The notes below the pieces were generated by a model that did not search any database, was not told the DNA's origin, and worked only from the letters and a program-made list of their open reading frames with translations. The position numbers and the translations under genes were made by a program. A stretch of DNA of 64,000 bases from Nanobdellota archaeon. Its GTDB lineage: Archaea; Nanobdellota; Nanobdellia; Pacearchaeales; GW2011-AR1. Positions 39,818 through 49,620 of the stretch are shown piece by piece. Numbering within the stretch: position 1 is the stretch's first letter; every line of letters begins with the position of its first letter. The stretch is taken from positions 25,641 to 89,640 of the forward strand of contig JAHIWS010000021.1 in the NCBI GenBank assembly GCA_018815925.1, written 5' to 3'.

Positions 39818-40271
39818 TATAAGAATCAATAAAATCTCCAGTAACTGTTTCTCCATCACCAACATCAATAACTGCAGCTATTTTAACTTCTTTAATTGTC
39901 ACAGGAAAAGTAAACTTATCACTTAAATCTGAATTAGTAATCCTAAAAGTCTTCTCTTCTAATTCTTCTAAACCAGTAGCTGTCTTCTCAAAAATATAGG
40001 TATCTGTTCCATCAGAAAGTCCAAAATTTACAGCAGCTAAAGCTCCTTCGCCTGGATCTCTTTTAACTTTAATATTAAGCACGGTTGGAGTAAGAGTACC
40101 ATTATTAACATCAATTATATCTAAACTAACTAAAATCTTGTCAGGGGTTATTTGACTAGTGGTATCTTCAATAATATTTTTAATAACAACCCAAACAACA
40201 CCAACTGCAACTAAAACCAATAAAATCATTATCACAGTAGTTACAACAGTTGATAACCCCTTTTTTAACAT
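39795..40271 (-). CDS. Archaeal pilin/archaellin-like protein
   Basis: KKG/LSTVVTTVIMILLVLVAVGVVW class III signal. Confidence 0.85.
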   Translation of the reverse strand: MLKKGLSTVVTTVIMILLVLVAVGVVWVVIKNIIEDTTSQITPDKILVSLDIIDVNNGTLTPTVLNIKVKRDPGEGALAAVNFGLSDGTDTYIFEKTATGLEELEEKTFRITNSDLSDKFTFPVTIKEVKIAAVIDVGDGETVTGDFIDSYTTDLSIS

Positions 40272-40377
40272 AATTAACTAAAAAGAATATTCTTTATAAA
40301 GTTTTTGTTGTTTATTAAAACAAAGCTTTTTAATATTAAAACAAAGCTTTTTTAACTATTGACATTCTTTTATTAAA

Positions 40378-41889
40378 ATGGATACTAAAAAAATCTCTGA
40401 ATCACTAAGTCCAAATGAAGTAAAAATTCTTCCTTATCTTGAAGAAAATTTAAATGAAATTTGCAAAAAGTCTAATCTTGATAAAACATCTGTACTAAGA
40501 TCATTAGAATATTTACAAAATAAAGACCTTATTAAACTTGATTTTGAAAAAAAGAAAATAATTGAAATAGGTGTTAATGGAGCATTATACAAAAAAAAAG
40601 GACTACCAGAAAGAAGACTCCTAAACCTATTAAATGAAAAAAGAATACTTTCACTTGAAGAAGCTCAAAAATTAGGTTCTTTATCTAATGATGAATTTAA
40701 AGCCTCTATAGGAGTTCTAAAAAGAAAAGCATTAATTGAATTAAAAAACAAAAAAATAATATTTAATGCAGACAAATCAGAGATTTCTAAAAAAACTCCA
40801 GAAGAATTTCTAATTGAAAAGCTTCCAATAGAAAAAGACAATCTATCTCCAGAACAAACCTATGCATTAAAAAATTTAGAAAATAGAAAAGACATAATTC
40901 AAATAAAAGAAAAAAAAATAATCCACATTCAAATTACTCCTTTAGGGCAAAAAATAATGAGTTCAAAAATAAAAACTCAAGATCTAATTGAACAAATAAC
41001 TCCTGAAATCCTAAAAAAAGAATCATCTTGGAAAGGAAAAAAATTTAGAAGATATGATGTTACATCTCATGTTCCAGCAATAAATGGCGGAAAAAAACAT
41101 TTTGTAAATCAATCAATTGACTATGCAAAAAAAATATGGGTAGAAATGGGTTTTAAAGAAATGAGCGGTTCTATGATCCAAAGCTCTTTTTGGAACTTTG
41201 ATGCTTTATTTACGGCACAAGATCATCCAGTAAGAGAAATGCAAGATACTTTCTTTCTTAATAAAAAAACAGAACTTCCAAATAAAGAACTTGTAAAAAA
41301 TATAAAAAAAGCACATGAATCAGGTATTAAAGAAAGTATAGGTTGGAGATATAAGTGGGATGAAAATGAAGCTAAAAAAATTGTATTACGTACACATACA
41401 ACTTGTCTTTCTGCACAAACACTTTCCAAACTAAAACTCAAAGATCTTCCAGTAAAATATTTTTCCCTAGGAAAATGTTTTAGGAACGAAACAATAGATT
41501 GGAGTCATGGATTCGAATTTAATCAAACAGAAGGAATTGTTGTAGCTGAAGAAGCAAATTTTGTACATTTACTAGGATATTTAAAAGAATTTTATAAAAA
41601 AATGGGTTTTGAAAAAATTAGATTTACACCTGCATATTTTCCTTATACTGAACCATCTGTAGAAATAAATGTCTGGCATCCAGAAAAAAAAGTCTGGTTA
41701 GAACTTGGAGGAGCAGGAATATTTAGGCCAGAAGTAACAACACCTCTTTTAGGAAAACCAATCCCAGTATTAGCATGGGGACAAGGATTTGATAGAATAA
41801 TAACAGATTATTATAAAATAAAAGATCTTAGAGAACTTTACAAAAACAATCTAACTAAATTAAGAAAAATGAAATTTTGGATGAAATAA
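40378..41889 (+). CDS. pheS: Phenylalanine--tRNA ligase alpha subunit
   Basis: FWNFDALF..QDHPVREMQDTF, LRTHTT, FRNE, YFPYTEPS, GAGIFRPEV. Confidence 0.97.
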   Translation: MDTKKISESLSPNEVKILPYLEENLNEICKKSNLDKTSVLRSLEYLQNKDLIKLDFEKKKIIEIGVNGALYKKKGLPERRLLNLLNEKRILSLEEAQKLGSLSNDEFKASIGVLKRKALIELKNKKIIFNADKSEISKKTPEEFLIEKLPIEKDNLSPEQTYALKNLENRKDIIQIKEKKIIHIQITPLGQKIMSSKIKTQDLIEQITPEILKKESSWKGKKFRRYDVTSHVPAINGGKKHFVNQSIDYAKKIWVEMGFKEMSGSMIQSSFWNFDALFTAQDHPVREMQDTFFLNKKTELPNKELVKNIKKAHESGIKESIGWRYKWDENEAKKIVLRTHTTCLSAQTLSKLKLKDLPVKYFSLGKCFRNETIDWSHGFEFNQTEGIVVAEEANFVHLLGYLKEFYKKMGFEKIRFTPAYFPYTEPSVEINVWHPEKKVWLELGGAGIFRPEVTTPLLGKPIPVLAWGQGFDRIITDYYKIKDLRELYKNNLTKLRKMKFWMK

Positions 41890-42269
41890 AAATGGATATA
41901 AAAGAACTTCAAAATAAATTAAAAGAATTTGATAAAGCCAGAGGATGGGAAAATGACTGGAACATAAAAGACCTCTTACTAAACATAACCGAAGAAGGTG
42001 GAGAATTATGGGACTTAATAAAATGGATAGATACTGAAAAACAAAAAGAAGTAATTAAAGAAAAAAAAGAAGAAGCTTCAGATTACATTGGGGATTCTCT
42101 ATTTATATTATTAAAAATGGCTAATCAAATGGATATTGATGCCCAAAAAGCTTTGAATGAAACATTAAATGAATATGAAAAAAGAATGCCCCCCGAAATT
42201 ATGAAAAAAGTAAAACATGCAAATAAACACGCAGGAGGAATTGATAATAAACAAAAATGGCAAATATAA
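41877..42269 (+). CDS. MazG-like nucleotide pyrophosphohydrolase
   Basis: FDKARGW, ITEEGGEL, DYIGD..F..L.MAN. Confidence 0.75.
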   Translation: MDEIKMDIKELQNKLKEFDKARGWENDWNIKDLLLNITEEGGELWDLIKWIDTEKQKEVIKEKKEEASDYIGDSLFILLKMANQMDIDAQKALNETLNEYEKRMPPEIMKKVKHANKHAGGIDNKQKWQI

Positions 42270-43894
42270 AATTTCCAAGAAAAATATTCGAAAAAGAAAT
42301 AGGAAAACTAGATTCAAAAATGCAAGAAAAAATTGCTATGTTTGGAACTCCACTTGAATCTTTTAATGATGAAGAAATTGAGATTGAAATTTTTCCAAAT
42401 AGACCAGACTTCCTATCTTACCAAGGATTTAAAAGAAGTTTTCTAGCATTTTTAGGCAAAAAAACAGGTTTAAAAGAATACAAAATAAATAAACCTGAAA
42501 AAGATTATAAAGTCAATATAGAATCATCTGTAAAAAATATAAGACCTTACACAGCCTGTGCAATTATTAAAAATCTAAATCTAGATGATGAAAAAATAAA
42601 AGAACTAATAGAAATACAAGAAAAATTGCACTTAACCATAGGAAGAAAAAGAAAAAAACTTGCGATAGGAATTTACCCTCTTGAAAAAATAAAACTTCCA
42701 ATAACTTACAAAGCTTTAGAACCAGATAAAATAAAATTTATTCCTCTAGAAACAAATAAAGAAATGTCAGGACTAGAAATATTGCAAAAACACCCAGCAG
42801 GAAAAGAATATTCTAATCTTTTAGCAGGAAAAACACAATTCCCTATTTTTATTGATGCTAATAAAAACATATTAAGTATGCCTCCAATAATAAATTCTCA
42901 ATTAACAGGAAAAATAACTTCTAAAACAAAAGAGGTATTTGTTGAATGTTCTGGATTTAATTTTGAAATACTAAATAAATGCCTTAATATAATTATTACT
43001 TGTTTAGCAGATATGGGTGGAAAAATATATAATATGGAAATAAAATCTTCTAAAAAAATTTTAACCCCTAATTTAACCCCTTCAAAAATGAGATTAGATT
43101 TAGAAAATACAAACAAACTTCTTGGACTTAATCTTAATGAAAAAGAAATTAAAAAACTAATTGAAAAAATGGGTCATAATTATAATAAAGGAATTGTGGA
43201 AATTCCTGCATGGAGAACAGATATCCTACATGAAGTTGATTTAATTGAAGACATTGCAATTACTTATGGGTATGAAAATTTTACTATAGAAGTTCCAAAA
43301 ATAGCAGGTATGGGTGAAGAAAAACCAATAGAAATTTTCAAAAGAAAAGTATCTGAAATATTAACTGGTTTAGAATTTTTAGAGGTTTCAAACTACCATC
43401 TAACTAACAAAACAAATCAATTCATAAAAATGGGCATTAACGAAAAACAAGAAAAAGAATTTGTAGAATTAAAGGAATCAAAAACAGACTATAACATTCT
43501 AAGAAAAGATTTAACTCATTATATATTAAAAAATTTCTCAGAAAATGTAGATTCAGAATATCCTCAAAAAATATTTGAAATAGGAAAAATCTTTGAAGAA
43601 AAAGATTCTATAATTGAAAAAGAAAGAATTGCAATAGCAATAACTTCTGGAAATTTTACAGAAATAAAACAAATTCTAGAATATTTATTTAGAATGCTTG
43701 ATAAAAAAATAGAATTAAAAGAAGCCAAAGAACTCCCCCCACATTTTATCGAAGGAAGAACAGCAAGCATTACTCTTAACAATAAAAAAATAGGATTTGT
43801 AGGAGAAATATCTCCTAAAATTTTAAAAAACTGGAAATTAAAAATGCCTGTAGCTCTCTTAGAACTAAACCTTGAAGAAGTTTTTTATGAGTGA
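42257..43894 (+). CDS. pheT: Phenylalanine--tRNA ligase beta subunit
   Basis: PNRPD, QEKLH.TIGRKRKK.AIG, SMPPIINS, RTDILHEVDLIEDIAI.YGY. Confidence 0.96.
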   Translation: MANIKFPRKIFEKEIGKLDSKMQEKIAMFGTPLESFNDEEIEIEIFPNRPDFLSYQGFKRSFLAFLGKKTGLKEYKINKPEKDYKVNIESSVKNIRPYTACAIIKNLNLDDEKIKELIEIQEKLHLTIGRKRKKLAIGIYPLEKIKLPITYKALEPDKIKFIPLETNKEMSGLEILQKHPAGKEYSNLLAGKTQFPIFIDANKNILSMPPIINSQLTGKITSKTKEVFVECSGFNFEILNKCLNIIITCLADMGGKIYNMEIKSSKKILTPNLTPSKMRLDLENTNKLLGLNLNEKEIKKLIEKMGHNYNKGIVEIPAWRTDILHEVDLIEDIAITYGYENFTIEVPKIAGMGEEKPIEIFKRKVSEILTGLEFLEVSNYHLTNKTNQFIKMGINEKQEKEFVELKESKTDYNILRKDLTHYILKNFSENVDSEYPQKIFEIGKIFEEKDSIIEKERIAIAITSGNFTEIKQILEYLFRMLDKKIELKEAKELPPHFIEGRTASITLNNKKIGFVGEISPKILKNWKLKMPVALLELNLEEVFYE

Positions 43895-43901
43895 AAGTAA
43901 A

Positions 43902-44390
43902 TTATCCAAAATAGCCCCTATTATTTACCTCAAATTTATTATCTAAATTAAGTTGTATTGCTCCAAAAACATCTAATAAATCTTTTTTTATTTCTTGCCA
44001 TATATTATAAGAATCCCTTATAAAAATAACTTCTTTTTCTTCAACAAAACTAAGGTCCAGCTCAATAAGCCTAATTTCTATTTTAGCTAGTTTTGTATAG
44101 ATCTCTGTCAAAATATCTTTTTCTTTTATTCCTATTGACTTAATAATTGAGAAGACAAACATAGGAGTATTTATTGGATGTAAAATAGTCTCAACAAACC
44201 GAAGATAATTAGATAATTTCTCAGAAACAATTTTTCTTATTTCCCTTATTACAAAATCTGTTTCAACATCTGAAGCTCTCTCGATTCCAAATTCCTTATT
44301 AAAATTATCAAAATCAGGAAGACCATATTTCTTCTGAAGATCTAAATAAGATTCCTTTAATTTCTCTAAATTAGATTCTGCTTTAGTCAT
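43902..44390 (-). CDS. Hypothetical protein
   Basis: 162-aa helical ORF ending GYFG. Confidence 0.7.
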   Translation of the reverse strand: MTKAESNLEKLKESYLDLQKKYGLPDFDNFNKEFGIERASDVETDFVIREIRKIVSEKLSNYLRFVETILHPINTPMFVFSIIKSIGIKEKDILTEIYTKLAKIEIRLIELDLSFVEEKEVIFIRDSYNIWQEIKKDLLDVFGAIQLNLDNKFEVNNRGYFG

Positions 44391-44426
44391 ATAAATCTGT
44401 AGAAAAAGGATTTATAAAGTTATTGA

Positions 44427-44448
44427 AAAAAGCCTCAGCTGGGATTCG
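44427..44448 (-). repeat. 22-bp duplicate of the tRNA-Thr 3' end (att-like)
   Basis: AAAAAGCCTCAGCTGGGATTCG identical to 44524-44545. Confidence 0.9.
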
Positions 44449-44527
44449 GGCCTCACAATTATCTTATGCTCGACCTGTATTCCAAAACCAAAAATTTTGA
44501 AACACAAACCAAGGTTCGAATTCAAAA

Positions 44528-44603
44528 AGCCTCAGCTGGGATTCGAACCCAGGACCTCGACATTACCAATGTCGCGCTCTAACCAGGACTGAGCTACTAA
44601 GGC
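44528..44603 (-). tRNA. tRNA-Thr(GGU)
   Basis: GCCTTAG/CTGAGGC acceptor stem, CGACA-TTGGTAA-TGTCG anticodon arm, CTGGG-TTCGAAT-CCCAG T arm; CCA not encoded. Confidence 0.97.
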
Positions 44604-44636
44604 ATAACATTTAATTCAGAATAAGACTATAAAAAC

Positions 44637-44954
44637 TTATTTCCTAAACCATTTCATAAAAAGAAAAGCTAATAAAACAATTAAAAAAGCTACAGAAATA
44701 AAACCTAAAATAGTTGAAAGAATAAAAAATAAATTCACATAAATTTCTGCTGTAGAAACATTATATAAAACAAAAGATAAAATAAATAACACTACAAACA
44801 AAATTAAATTTCTAGTTACTAATTTTAACCTACTTTTAAAAGATCCAATCTTCTTAACAGATCTTCTTACTTTTTTAGCTCTTACAGGGGTTCTCTTTTT
44901 AACAATTTTTTTCTTAGAAATCCTCTTTTTAGGTTTGATCTTTTTCTTAGGCAT
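44637..44954 (-). CDS. Two-TM protein with Lys/Arg-rich N-terminus
   Basis: Composition and hydrophobicity. Confidence 0.65.
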   Translation of the reverse strand: MPKKKIKPKKRISKKKIVKKRTPVRAKKVRRSVKKIGSFKSRLKLVTRNLILFVVLFILSFVLYNVSTAEIYVNLFFILSTILGFISVAFLIVLLAFLFMKWFRK

Positions 44955-45181
44955 TTTATAATATATGATAGAGTATATACTTTATAAAAGTTACTGAGGA
45001 CAACATAAAACCATCCAAATTAACTTTAGCACTTCATGAAATTAATAGTTCAAATCCTGCTTTGCTTAGATTTTCATCTTAATTATTTTGTTAACGAATA
45101 ATCTGATAAAATTGATTATGAGTCTTAATTGGAGAACTTGTTGCTACTAAATTTAAATTTAGTTAAAAAAACTCCAAAAGA

Positions 45182-45388
45182 TCAAGGAACCCAATCCAAA
45201 CCAACTATATTTCCTGTTAAAAATTGAAGATTATTATAAAATCCATTTATCCAATCAAAATAAAGTGTAGAAAAAATTTCAATATTTTCTGATTCTAACA
45301 TTCCCAAATTATTATTGCTAATTATCAATAACGCACTAAGAACAAAAAACATAAAAATAAAAATTAAAAATTTCATATTAGGTTTCAC
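45182..45388 (-). CDS. Small membrane protein
   Basis: TM; W..G.Y.NL..LTGN...DW pattern similar to the adjacent 98-aa protein. Confidence 0.6.
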   Translation of the reverse strand: MKPNMKFLIFIFMFFVLSALLIISNNNLGMLESENIEIFSTLYFDWINGFYNNLQFLTGNIVGLDWVP

Positions 45389-45674
45389 TAACAGCCCAAT
45401 CCATTTTTATTGCATTTGTTGTAATTGTTTTCAAATTTCCAAAAATAGATCCTAACCAAGAAAAATAAATTTTTCCAGCTACAATCCACCCCTCTATTGA
45501 TTTAAAATCTAAATTCCTATCCTTAATAACAACAGCAAAACTAATATAAGCAAATAAAATCAACGCTATTAAGAACATAGCAAATACCTTGTGTCTTAAT
45601 CTTTTTATTTCTATAAAAACCCAGATAGCAATAATTAATACTGCAACAACAAAAAGTGCAATTCCCACAGCCAT
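45378..45674 (-). CDS. Small membrane protein
   Basis: Two TMs; YFSWLG..F.N...TTNAIKMDW. Confidence 0.7.
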   Translation of the reverse strand: MAVGIALFVVAVLIIAIWVFIEIKRLRHKVFAMFLIALILFAYISFAVVIKDRNLDFKSIEGWIVAGKIYFSWLGSIFGNLKTITTNAIKMDWAVSET

Positions 45675-45762
45675 AATATATAAGAGAAGCAGAAGTATAA
45701 AAAGATTTCGAGTTACTAATAAATAACAAATTTTTAATACTAAATACTCTATCTAAAATCAG

Positions 45763-45889
45763 AGCCCTGTAGTACAGTGGTCAAGTATAGGAGGTTCTGG
45801 TGAGCAAGTTCGCGAGAGAAATCATATCTCGTAGATGCGAACAAGCTTGGAAATACCTTCTGACCCAGGTTCGAATCCTGGCAGGGCTA
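45763..45889 (+). tRNA. tRNA-Gln(CUG) with a 54-nt intron at 37/38 (45801-45854)
   Basis: AGCCCTG/CAGGGCT acceptor; GGAGG-TTCTGG|A-CCTTC; BHB: TTCT/GGAA helix, bulges GGT and ATA, GAGC/GCTT outer helix. Confidence 0.93.
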
Positions 45890-45931
45890 TTCACTCCAAA
45901 AATTTAAATATACATTATACTTAAATAAAAC

Positions 45932-46186
45932 ATGACAAAAGAAAAAAAAATAGGAATTGTATCGAGTTACTTTAGTCATCCAGAAGTCGCTGCAATAAAA
46001 CTATCTGGTATTTTAAAAGTTGGAAATAAAATCCATATAAAAGGACACACAACAGACTTTGAAGTGGAAATCAAAGACATACAAATAGAAAGAAAATCTG
46101 TTGAAAAAGCTAAAAAAGGCGACCACATTGGCATAAAAGTTCCTGAAAAAGTAAGGCCTAATGACGAAGTTTTTCTTGTAGAATAA
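45932..46186 (+). CDS. Small translation-factor-like beta-barrel protein
   Basis: IG.V..YF....VAAIKL...LKVG..IHIKGHTTDF...AKKGD.IGIKV..KVRPND.V. Confidence 0.8.
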   Translation: MTKEKKIGIVSSYFSHPEVAAIKLSGILKVGNKIHIKGHTTDFEVEIKDIQIERKSVEKAKKGDHIGIKVPEKVRPNDEVFLVE

Positions 46187-46233
46187 ACACCATAAATATT
46201 TTAAAACAATTATCCCTGAATTCTTAGTAATAC

Positions 46234-46444
46234 GCCTCTGTAGTTCAGTGGTCAAGAATGCCGCCCTCTCAAAAAACCGGAAAAGAACAAATCAGTGCTG
46301 ATAATATTGGATGGAGTCAAACATTCCTCCCCAATCTAAGAGAGGTGATCTATTCTTGATGAAAGAAAAGGTCTATGTATCTCAATACAACCTTCTCTTG
46401 TTTAGAGTACGGCGGTGACCCGAGTCCGAATCTCGGCAGAGGCG
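46234..46444 (+). tRNA. tRNA-Glu(CUC) with a 138-nt intron at 37/38 (46272-46409)
   Basis: GCCTCTG/CAGAGGC acceptor; CCGCC-CTCTCA|C-GGCGG; BHB helix CTCT/AGAG; T loop TCCGAAT. Confidence 0.9.
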
Positions 46445-46511
46445 TTTCTACTTAAAAACATTTATAAAAACACTCTACTTTTCTAAAATACAAAAAGGGG
46501 CTTGATAAAAA

Positions 46512-47093
46512 GTGTTGCTAGAAATTGAAACCAAAATAAAACTCGAAGATTCCCAAGTTAAAGAATTTAGAAAAAGAATTAAAGAAATTGCTAGATTTTC
46601 TAAAAAAGGAAAAAAAGTCGACGATTATTTTGCAATACAAAGATGGGGATATCCAAAAAAAGCATTTAGAACAAGAACAACCAGAGATCAAATAGAAATT
46701 AATTTTAAAAAACATTTAAAAAAATATTGGACAAAAGAAATTGTTGTTAAACAAGAATTTGAATTTGTTATTCCTAAAGAAAACTTTGATGATATGATCG
46801 AATTATACAAAGATATGGGATTTAAAGAGTGGGTTCAAAAAATTAAATGGAATGAAACTTACAAATGGAAAAAAGATAAACATGTTTCAATAGAATTAAA
46901 CAGAGTAAAACATCTTGGATATTTTATTGAATTAGAATATCTTGCTACACCGAGCCAAATGAATATGGCAATAAGAAAGATCCAAGCTGTTCTCAAAGAT
47001 CTAAAAATAAATCTTAATCAAATAGATAATACAGGTTATACAAAAATGCTTTGGTATAAAGGAACCAGAGGAAAAAGGAAATTTTTGAAATGA
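46512..47093 (+). CDS. CYTH-domain protein (class IV adenylate cyclase/triphosphatase family)
   Basis: EIETK (ExExK), DDYF, R.R, EFEF, LG.FIELE, GYT. Confidence 0.85.
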   Translation: MLLEIETKIKLEDSQVKEFRKRIKEIARFSKKGKKVDDYFAIQRWGYPKKAFRTRTTRDQIEINFKKHLKKYWTKEIVVKQEFEFVIPKENFDDMIELYKDMGFKEWVQKIKWNETYKWKKDKHVSIELNRVKHLGYFIELEYLATPSQMNMAIRKIQAVLKDLKINLNQIDNTGYTKMLWYKGTRGKRKFLK

Positions 47094-47341
47094 AAGAAAA
47101 AAAAAATCTAGAAAAAGAAGGTAAAAAAACTCTTAAAGTAGGTTTCTGGATTTTAGGAATTTTCATATTTTTATGGATAATATATTACATTATTATGTTA
47201 ACAAGTTGTAATGATGAAAGTTGTGGTATGGGTTTTATAGTAGCTATTTACTCTTCAATAATCCCTCTTGCAATAATATTAATAATTATTTTCATAGGAA
47301 TAATACTATTAATTATAGGCAAACAGAGAAATAAAAAATGA
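47090..47341 (+). CDS. Small two-TM protein
   Basis: ATGA overlaps at both ends; two TMs with a Cys pair in the loop. Confidence 0.6.
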   Translation: MKEKKNLEKEGKKTLKVGFWILGIFIFLWIIYYIIMLTSCNDESCGMGFIVAIYSSIIPLAIILIIIFIGIILLIIGKQRNKK

Positions 47342-49293
47342 CATCATACATAACAAAAAAATCAGGAAAATATTGGCCATCTAAAGCAATGAAAGACATT
47401 GCTTGGGTCAAAGATTCAAAAATCTATAAAGAAGCAGATAAAAATCCTATCAAGTTTTGGTCAGAATTAGCAAAACAAGGACTTGTATGGGAAAAATTAT
47501 GGAAACCAGAAAATACATATGTTCAAAAAATTCCATATTTTTGGTGGTTTAAACAAGGAAAAATCAATTTTTGTGTTAATGCACTAGACAGACATTTAGA
47601 CAAACCTTCAAAACCTGCTTTAATCTGGGTTCCAGAGCCAACCAATGAAAAAACAGTTATTCTAACTTATGCAGGGCTCTATGAAAAAGTAAATAGATTT
47701 GCAAACACACTCAAACAATTAGGAGTAAAAAAACAAGAAATTGTATCTATCTATTTACCTTTAATTCCAGAAGCACTAATAGCAATGCTTGCCTGCACAA
47801 GAATTGGAGCAATTCATTCTGTTGTATTTTCTGCTTTTGCACCAGACGCATTAAAAACAAGAATTATTGATGGTAATGCAAAAATACTAATAACTGCTGA
47901 TGGATATTATAGGAGAGGTAAAAAAGAAAATTTATTAAAAAAAGCAAAAAAAGCAATAAAAGGAACTAAGATAAAAAAAGTGATTGTGGTTCCAAGATTT
48001 AATAAGAAAAAACATTATTTTGGAAAATATTTAAATTTTTATGATATTCTTAACAAAACTCCTTCTTATTGTAAACCAGAAATTATGAACTCAGAAGACC
48101 CTCTTTTTATATTATACACTTCGGGAACAACAGGTAAACCAAAAGGAATTGTTCATGATACTGGAGGTTATGCAACTCAAGCATACTGGACAACAAAGTG
48201 GAATTTTAATTTACATGAAGATGATATTATATGGTGCACTGCAGATATTGGATGGGTCACAGGCCATACTTATGCTTTTTATGGTCCTTTATTAAATGGT
48301 GCAACAACTTTAATTTATGAAGGAACTCCTGATTTTCCAAATCCTTCTAGATGGTGGAAAATAATTGACAAATTTAAAGTAACATCTTTTTATACAGCTC
48401 CAACAGCAATAAGGATGTTTATGAGGTTTGGAGATAAATGGGTTAATAAACATAAACTTAACTCCCTAAGAATACTAGCTACTGTTGGAGAACCAATAGA
48501 CCAAAATGCATGGAACTGGTATTTAAAAAAAATAGGAAAATCAAGGTGCCCCATAATTGATACTTGGTGGCAGACAGAAACAGGGGGAACTTTAATAAAT
48601 GTATTACCAGGAATAGGTCCTTTTATTCCAACAATTGCAGGAAAAAGTTTTCCAGGAACAAGACACATAATCCTTAATAAAGCAGGAAAGAAAGTTTCAA
48701 AAGGATTTTTAGCACAAGTATCTCCTTTTGCACCTGGTATGCTCCATGGAGTCTGGAAAAACCATAAAAAATATGTAGAAACTTATTGGAAAACATTTAA
48801 AACAAAATATGACACAAGTGACGGAGCAATAATGAAAAATAATTTATTTAGGATCACAGGAAGAACAGATGATGTGATGAAAGTAGCAGGACACAGACTT
48901 GCAACAGCAGAATTAGAAAATGTAATAAACACTCATAAATTTGTTAATGAATCTGCAGTAGTTCCAATACCTGATAAAATAAAAGGTCAGACCCCAATTG
49001 CATTTGTTGTATTAAAAGGAAAAAACAAAAATCCAGAAAAAATTGAAAAAAAACTCAAAAGCCATGTTGATAAACACCTTGGTCCAACTTCTCGTCCATC
49101 AAGAATTTATTTGGTAAATGCTCTTCCAAAAACCAGGTCAGGCAAAATCATGAGGAGAATCTTAAAAAGCCTCCTCAATAACGAAGAAGCTCAAGGATTA
49201 ATGACCCTGGTCAATCCTGATTGTGTAGAAGAAATTAAAAACCTTGTTTCCCAAGACATAATAAATAAAAATGCCAAAAAAACAAATAACTAA
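47338..49293 (+). CDS. acs: Acetate--CoA ligase (AMP-forming)
   Basis: YTSGTTGKPKG, TADIGWVTGH, DTWWQTETGG, GRTDDVMKVAGHRL, LPKTRSGKIMRR. Confidence 0.96.
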   Translation: MTSYITKKSGKYWPSKAMKDIAWVKDSKIYKEADKNPIKFWSELAKQGLVWEKLWKPENTYVQKIPYFWWFKQGKINFCVNALDRHLDKPSKPALIWVPEPTNEKTVILTYAGLYEKVNRFANTLKQLGVKKQEIVSIYLPLIPEALIAMLACTRIGAIHSVVFSAFAPDALKTRIIDGNAKILITADGYYRRGKKENLLKKAKKAIKGTKIKKVIVVPRFNKKKHYFGKYLNFYDILNKTPSYCKPEIMNSEDPLFILYTSGTTGKPKGIVHDTGGYATQAYWTTKWNFNLHEDDIIWCTADIGWVTGHTYAFYGPLLNGATTLIYEGTPDFPNPSRWWKIIDKFKVTSFYTAPTAIRMFMRFGDKWVNKHKLNSLRILATVGEPIDQNAWNWYLKKIGKSRCPIIDTWWQTETGGTLINVLPGIGPFIPTIAGKSFPGTRHIILNKAGKKVSKGFLAQVSPFAPGMLHGVWKNHKKYVETYWKTFKTKYDTSDGAIMKNNLFRITGRTDDVMKVAGHRLATAELENVINTHKFVNESAVVPIPDKIKGQTPIAFVVLKGKNKNPEKIEKKLKSHVDKHLGPTSRPSRIYLVNALPKTRSGKIMRRILKSLLNNEEAQGLMTLVNPDCVEEIKNLVSQDIINKNAKKTNN

Positions 49294-49564
49294 ACCCCTA
49301 ACAAAAAAAGAAATAATAAAGTTAAAGGCCAAAGTATCAACTCAGAACTTTAAAAGAGAAATGAAAAAAGCTATGAACACTGCAATAGTAGCTGCTTTTG
49401 GTTTTGTAATTGCATTAGTTTGGAAAGATGTAATAACAGAATGGGTATCTACAATTACTGGAGCAAGTCCTGTTCATGGAAAAATAATTGAAGCAATTTT
49501 AGTAACAATAATTGCAGTAATAGGAATAATAATTGTTACAAGAATATTCTCAGAAAAAAAATAA
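49271..49564 (+). CDS. Small two-TM membrane protein (DUF5654-like)
   Basis: AAFGFVIALVWKDVI motif. Confidence 0.65.
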   Translation: MPKKQITKPLTKKEIIKLKAKVSTQNFKREMKKAMNTAIVAAFGFVIALVWKDVITEWVSTITGASPVHGKIIEAILVTIIAVIGIIIVTRIFSEKK

Positions 49565-49620
49565 AGTTTATTTTCCAAGTTCAAAAAAAGAAATAAATAC
49601 TCTTTATTCTAATTAACAAA

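Noticed and set aside
40313..40352. Tandem 19-bp repeat TATTAAAACAAAGCTTTTT that resembles the transposon TIR
   Set aside because: Needs an indel to match, has no inverted partner or TSD, and looks like a duplicated BRE/TATA segment of the pheS promoter in AT-rich DNA.
44955..45181. 227-bp gene-free gap with the palindrome ACTAAATTTAAATTTAGT
   Set aside because: No credible ORF or RNA fold found; the palindrome is almost entirely A/T.
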